Assembly (NCBI GenBank): GCA_010093995.1
Contig: ML992501.1
Coordinates: 1,018,632 to 1,082,631 of the forward strand
DNA: 64,000 bases
Source: Elsinoe ampelina
Lineage: Eukaryota
Reading direction: 5' to 3'
A program made the position numbers and the translations under genes. The first letter of the stretch is position 1. The number at the start of each line of letters is the position of its first letter. This document shows, one piece after another, positions 60,452 through 64,000 of this stretch. The notes below the pieces were generated by a model, which worked only from the letters and a program-made list of their open reading frames with translations, did not search any database and was not told the origin of the DNA.

Positions 60452-63445
60452 CTAGTAGCGTCTCTGTCCTCCTTGGTATCCTCCACCGTATCCATTCTGC
60501 CCACCATATCCCCCTCCATTACCCCCTCCATTGTATCCGTTATGGCCACCGTTGTAATTGTTGCCTCCCTGATGCCCTCCTCGACCTCCTCCGTATCCTC
60601 CCCTACCTCCATTGTACCCGTTGTAGGCAGGCTGCAGTGGCAAAGCTGTCACGCCAGGTGGCGGCGGCGGGAAACCACCAGCAAAGTTGGGCACCGGCAT
60701 ACCCGGTTGCCAGCCAGGAGGCGGAGGCGGGAAGTGTCCTCCAAAGTTTTGAGGCGGTGGTGGGCCTCCATAACCGTTCTGACCATTCTGCGGAGGGTAG
60801 TATGTCCTGCTCGGATCGAAGCCGCCTCGACCACCCCTTTGTCCTCCATTACGGTCACGAGGTGGTCCTCGAGGTCGATCACGAGTGTAGTTGCGGATAG
60901 CGTCAGCATCGGTGGCGTCAAGCATAGGTGTAGGAAGCTTGACGCCAGGAAGAAGCATCGACTTGTGAAGGTGTGTAGATGGCGGCATGGAGTAGTGGAC
61001 GGTGATGGAGTTGTCTTCCTCGAGATCAGGCATGCCAGCACCCTCAAGTGGGAAAGTCAAGGACGAAGAGGGGATATAATCCTCGTTCTTGGTGACTTTG
61101 CCGACAAGACCATCAGACTTGCGATAATTGAGCGTAAGCTTCGGGGCACCAGCCTTCTTGCTGTAGAAGTGCATGGCAACATCGTCGTACAGCGAGTGCT
61201 GAGTCGAGAAGATCAAATCATCGTTGCCGACTTCATTGCGGGCTCGTTCATCGTCAGTGAGTCCAGGATACTTGGTTGCCATTGCCGCGAGTAGACGCTT
61301 CTCATCGATGAAAGGAAGTAATGCCACGCCTTGCCACGCGAACTTCTTGCCGTTGAGATCGATCTCAAAGTCCTCAGGGTAGAAGTCGACGATGTCGCTG
61401 TCCGGCTCGGTCATGAGAGGATGAAAGACGGCAGGAATGGTATGGTTGCTGGCAGCGGGCATGACACCCATCAGCTGTTCGTATGGGCGGAATGGCTTGC
61501 CTTTGTCGAATTTGATGTTCATCTTCTCAATGTCCTTGAAGTCGGCAGCAAAGGGCGCATAGTGGTGTGGATAGTACCAGGTCCAACTTGGGCAACCCTG
61601 AAAATAGTACAGTAGCACCCAAGCAAGTCCTTCGACGTAATCTCGAGCAACCTGGTGTCGGAACTCAATATCGTCTGGAGCGACATGGAACTTTTGCTCG
61701 TAGTATCGCTCTTCGTAGCCTTCTTCCCACAGCTTGACAGTATCCTCAGGAGGCGCGTCGGGATCGACTCCGGACTGACTGGTCGGTGTTTGAGCTCCCG
61801 AGTCGCCGTCCGCCTCCATCATTTCAGCAGTACGCTTCCCAAGGGCCTGAGGCGGCGTTTCTGGTTGCATGGACTGCATGAGCTCCTCTACAGCGTTTCG
61901 TTGAGACGACTGAGGAGTCTCTTTGTGCTTCAGTTTCTCTTTCAGAACCGCGGCGGCACTTTTGTTGGCATTGTTGGCTTTGTTGACGACCTCATCGTGG
62001 GTCATGTACCTCGGGTCTTTCGACGTCTGTGCAGCTCCTGGCGAGAAAGTCGGCAGCGCGTTGATGTCCGGGATCATCTCTCCAGACTTTTTGCTTCCCA
62101 TAAACCGTCCTTGGGGAGCCCCGTTGTAGCCATTTCCATCCTGGAGGTTCCCTTGAGACCGCTGGTTGTTCAACTTTCTCCTCTTCGCAGCAGCCTCTTT
62201 CCTGTCAGAGACCTCCTTGCGTTTCTGGAAAATACCAGCTTCTCTCCTGGCGAGACCATCTAGAATGATCTGGGTTCGTGCAAGATCCACATTGCCATCC
62301 TTGGTGACGTAACCGCCCATGACTGGGAAACTCTCTCTCCAGATTTGTGTCAGAAGGTCGATACCCTCATCCCTAATCTCGAGGGAAGGAAAGTGAGGAA
62401 GGAAATCGTTTCCGACAAAGAAACACATGAATACCCAGTCGTCTAGAGCGCGCTCGAGATCAAAGTTGTACTGCCCCGGCACAGACATCTCGACTGCAAG
62501 ATACTCACGCAAGACGTTGACATGAAGCCAAATGAAATCTTTGAGCGGAGGTGCATCTTCCTTCTCACCAAACTCACCCTTCTTCTCGGCCGGCTTGCCT
62601 CGACATTCGGCAGCCATATGACCTGGTTGATTGCAAATGCGACAGTGACCAGGTTTGGTATCTTGACCAAACACGTCTTCTCGAAGAACGCGGAAGTAAG
62701 GTTCATGAGTAGCAAGGCCAAGCATGATGAGATCAGCATCGAGCCCGTAGATGACATGACGAGTATTGGGATCATGTGTGGGTGAGCTTCGTTGAGAGCG
62801 GACAAATTGCATGATCTTGTGTTCACCCTCACCAGGGACGGTTGCGTCGGAGATGATGACTTTCAGGTTTCTCCAGGCAGGATCGGTGTTGAGCTTGTAA
62901 GAGCACCAGTATCGTAAGCTCTTTGCAAGAATGTCCATAAATGGGGTGCCGGGTGTGATGGCGTTGCTGTCCCAGGTCTTCTTCTGAGCTCCACCCTCAT
63001 CATCTTCCGGCTCCTTGCCCGAAGCTCTGAGCATTCTATAGAACTCTGCCTTGTCCTCATCCTTCTGTTTCGCTTCTTGGGCGGACCGGAATCGACGTGA
63101 TCGCTGCTGGTTCATCTTCGCACGGGGAGCGACACCATCGACCGCAATCATCAGAAGCTTTCTCGGCCGAACCATCTTCATGATCCTGTCGGTGTATTCG
63201 AAGATGGCAATCATCATCTCAGTCTCGTTGGCAGGAGGGGGCCGATCTTCTGGATGCGAGCACGGGTGAACGATACCGTTCATGTCGAGGTAGAGATTGT
63301 CGAACTCCTCGCCATTGGGGTTCGGCTTTGTGGCATCGCAAGGTATATGTGTGCCATCAACATCTTGCCCCTTATCCTCGATCACCTTGGAGATGATCTT
63401 TGGATATTTCGTCGAGAGCCAGCGGAAAAGAGCTGGAACACCCAT
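60452..63445 (-). CDS. RAT1: Nuclear 5'-3' exoribonuclease 2 (Rat1/Xrn2/Dhp1)
   Basis: MGVPALFRWLSTKYPKI, DNLYLDMNGIVHPCSHP, DGVAPRAKMNQQRSRRF, PGEGEHKI, CCHC knuckle CRICNQPGHMAAEC, GNDFLPH; 997 aa. Confidence 0.96.
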   Translation of the reverse strand: MGVPALFRWLSTKYPKIISKVIEDKGQDVDGTHIPCDATKPNPNGEEFDNLYLDMNGIVHPCSHPEDRPPPANETEMMIAIFEYTDRIMKMVRPRKLLMIAVDGVAPRAKMNQQRSRRFRSAQEAKQKDEDKAEFYRMLRASGKEPEDDEGGAQKKTWDSNAITPGTPFMDILAKSLRYWCSYKLNTDPAWRNLKVIISDATVPGEGEHKIMQFVRSQRSSPTHDPNTRHVIYGLDADLIMLGLATHEPYFRVLREDVFGQDTKPGHCRICNQPGHMAAECRGKPAEKKGEFGEKEDAPPLKDFIWLHVNVLREYLAVEMSVPGQYNFDLERALDDWVFMCFFVGNDFLPHFPSLEIRDEGIDLLTQIWRESFPVMGGYVTKDGNVDLARTQIILDGLARREAGIFQKRKEVSDRKEAAAKRRKLNNQRSQGNLQDGNGYNGAPQGRFMGSKKSGEMIPDINALPTFSPGAAQTSKDPRYMTHDEVVNKANNANKSAAAVLKEKLKHKETPQSSQRNAVEELMQSMQPETPPQALGKRTAEMMEADGDSGAQTPTSQSGVDPDAPPEDTVKLWEEGYEERYYEQKFHVAPDDIEFRHQVARDYVEGLAWVLLYYFQGCPSWTWYYPHHYAPFAADFKDIEKMNIKFDKGKPFRPYEQLMGVMPAASNHTIPAVFHPLMTEPDSDIVDFYPEDFEIDLNGKKFAWQGVALLPFIDEKRLLAAMATKYPGLTDDERARNEVGNDDLIFSTQHSLYDDVAMHFYSKKAGAPKLTLNYRKSDGLVGKVTKNEDYIPSSSLTFPLEGAGMPDLEEDNSITVHYSMPPSTHLHKSMLLPGVKLPTPMLDATDADAIRNYTRDRPRGPPRDRNGGQRGGRGGFDPSRTYYPPQNGQNGYGGPPPPQNFGGHFPPPPPGWQPGMPVPNFAGGFPPPPPGVTALPLQPAYNGYNGGRGGYGGGRGGHQGGNNYNGGHNGYNGGGNGGGYGGQNGYGGGYQGGQRRY

Positions 63446-64000
63446 GCCGAGCGAGGTGCCTTCGAAAGGTCAGGCCCAAGGGTCGAGTATGGCCTCTGGA
63501 ATGCGCAACGGCTTCCGCGTCGCGAAAATACCGGTACCTCTGCTCTCGCGGAACGGAGATAGCTTGAATGATCCTACAGGCGCCGAGTCACAGGTCGAGA
63601 TGTGAGAAAGTGAGGTTGTGAGATGAGACCGGGAGCAGAACCTGCGGAGAAGCAATTGTCAGGGTTCTGCGGCTCTGCGGCTTTGCCCGTGTCTGCAGCT
63701 CGCGCGAAAGTCTATTTCGTGTTTGAGGAGATCGATGCAACAAGCTGGCATCATCCTCGAATAATTTCTTGCGCACGGTCATCTTCTCACCACGAACTCC
63801 AGGATCGTGCCAACACGCTGACATGGTCGCATCAATACCGCCGTCGATACTTTGAGGACGACTCGGCCGGATATTTTCGCATGCGTTTGATACAGCCCAA
63901 TTGCAGGCATGCTCAAAGCTCCGCAATTGCAGAATGCAACTGACACGATCAATACCCTTTCGTCAAGGCTGACGTCGGCGACATTGCTCGAAGACAAGAG

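Noticed and set aside
60449..62263. Plus-strand ORFs of 281 and 202 aa opposite RAT1
   Set aside because: Antisense to a conserved gene and its low-complexity tail.

Overview
Genomic DNA of a filamentous ascomycete (Pezizomycotina-type short GT-AG introns; species not determinable by eye). GC-balanced gene islands alternate with transposon blocks degraded by repeat-induced point mutation (RIP). TE blocks: (i) 1-4128, a copia element nested in a second copia family; (ii) 19523-30097, a copia element with both LTRs and a perfect TTCAG target-site duplication, carrying a nested chromodomain Gypsy element (22704-29727); (iii) 53359-59002, three Fot1/pogo DNA transposons nested inside one another, of which only the innermost is intact. 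Host genes: Zn2Cys6 TF, two RTA1-like proteins, SUP35/eRF3, a His-phosphatase, a Pth11-like membrane protein, a class II aldolase, a GST, an F-box-like protein, two uncharacterised tandem paralogs, an amino-acid permease, a lactonase, a sugar porter, an SDR and RAT1/XRN2. Pseudogenes: ABA3-like terpene synthase, Zn-type alcohol dehydrogenase, caleosin. Most notable: a RIP-erased antisense ORF in the Gypsy element that de-RIPs to an exact Zn2Cys6 motif plus coiled coil; an intact transposon sitting in a TA site apparently created by RIP; a dead ABA3 homolog between two novel paralogs; and RIP sparing the outer ends of LTRs. All family calls are from motif recognition by eye, with no database searches run.
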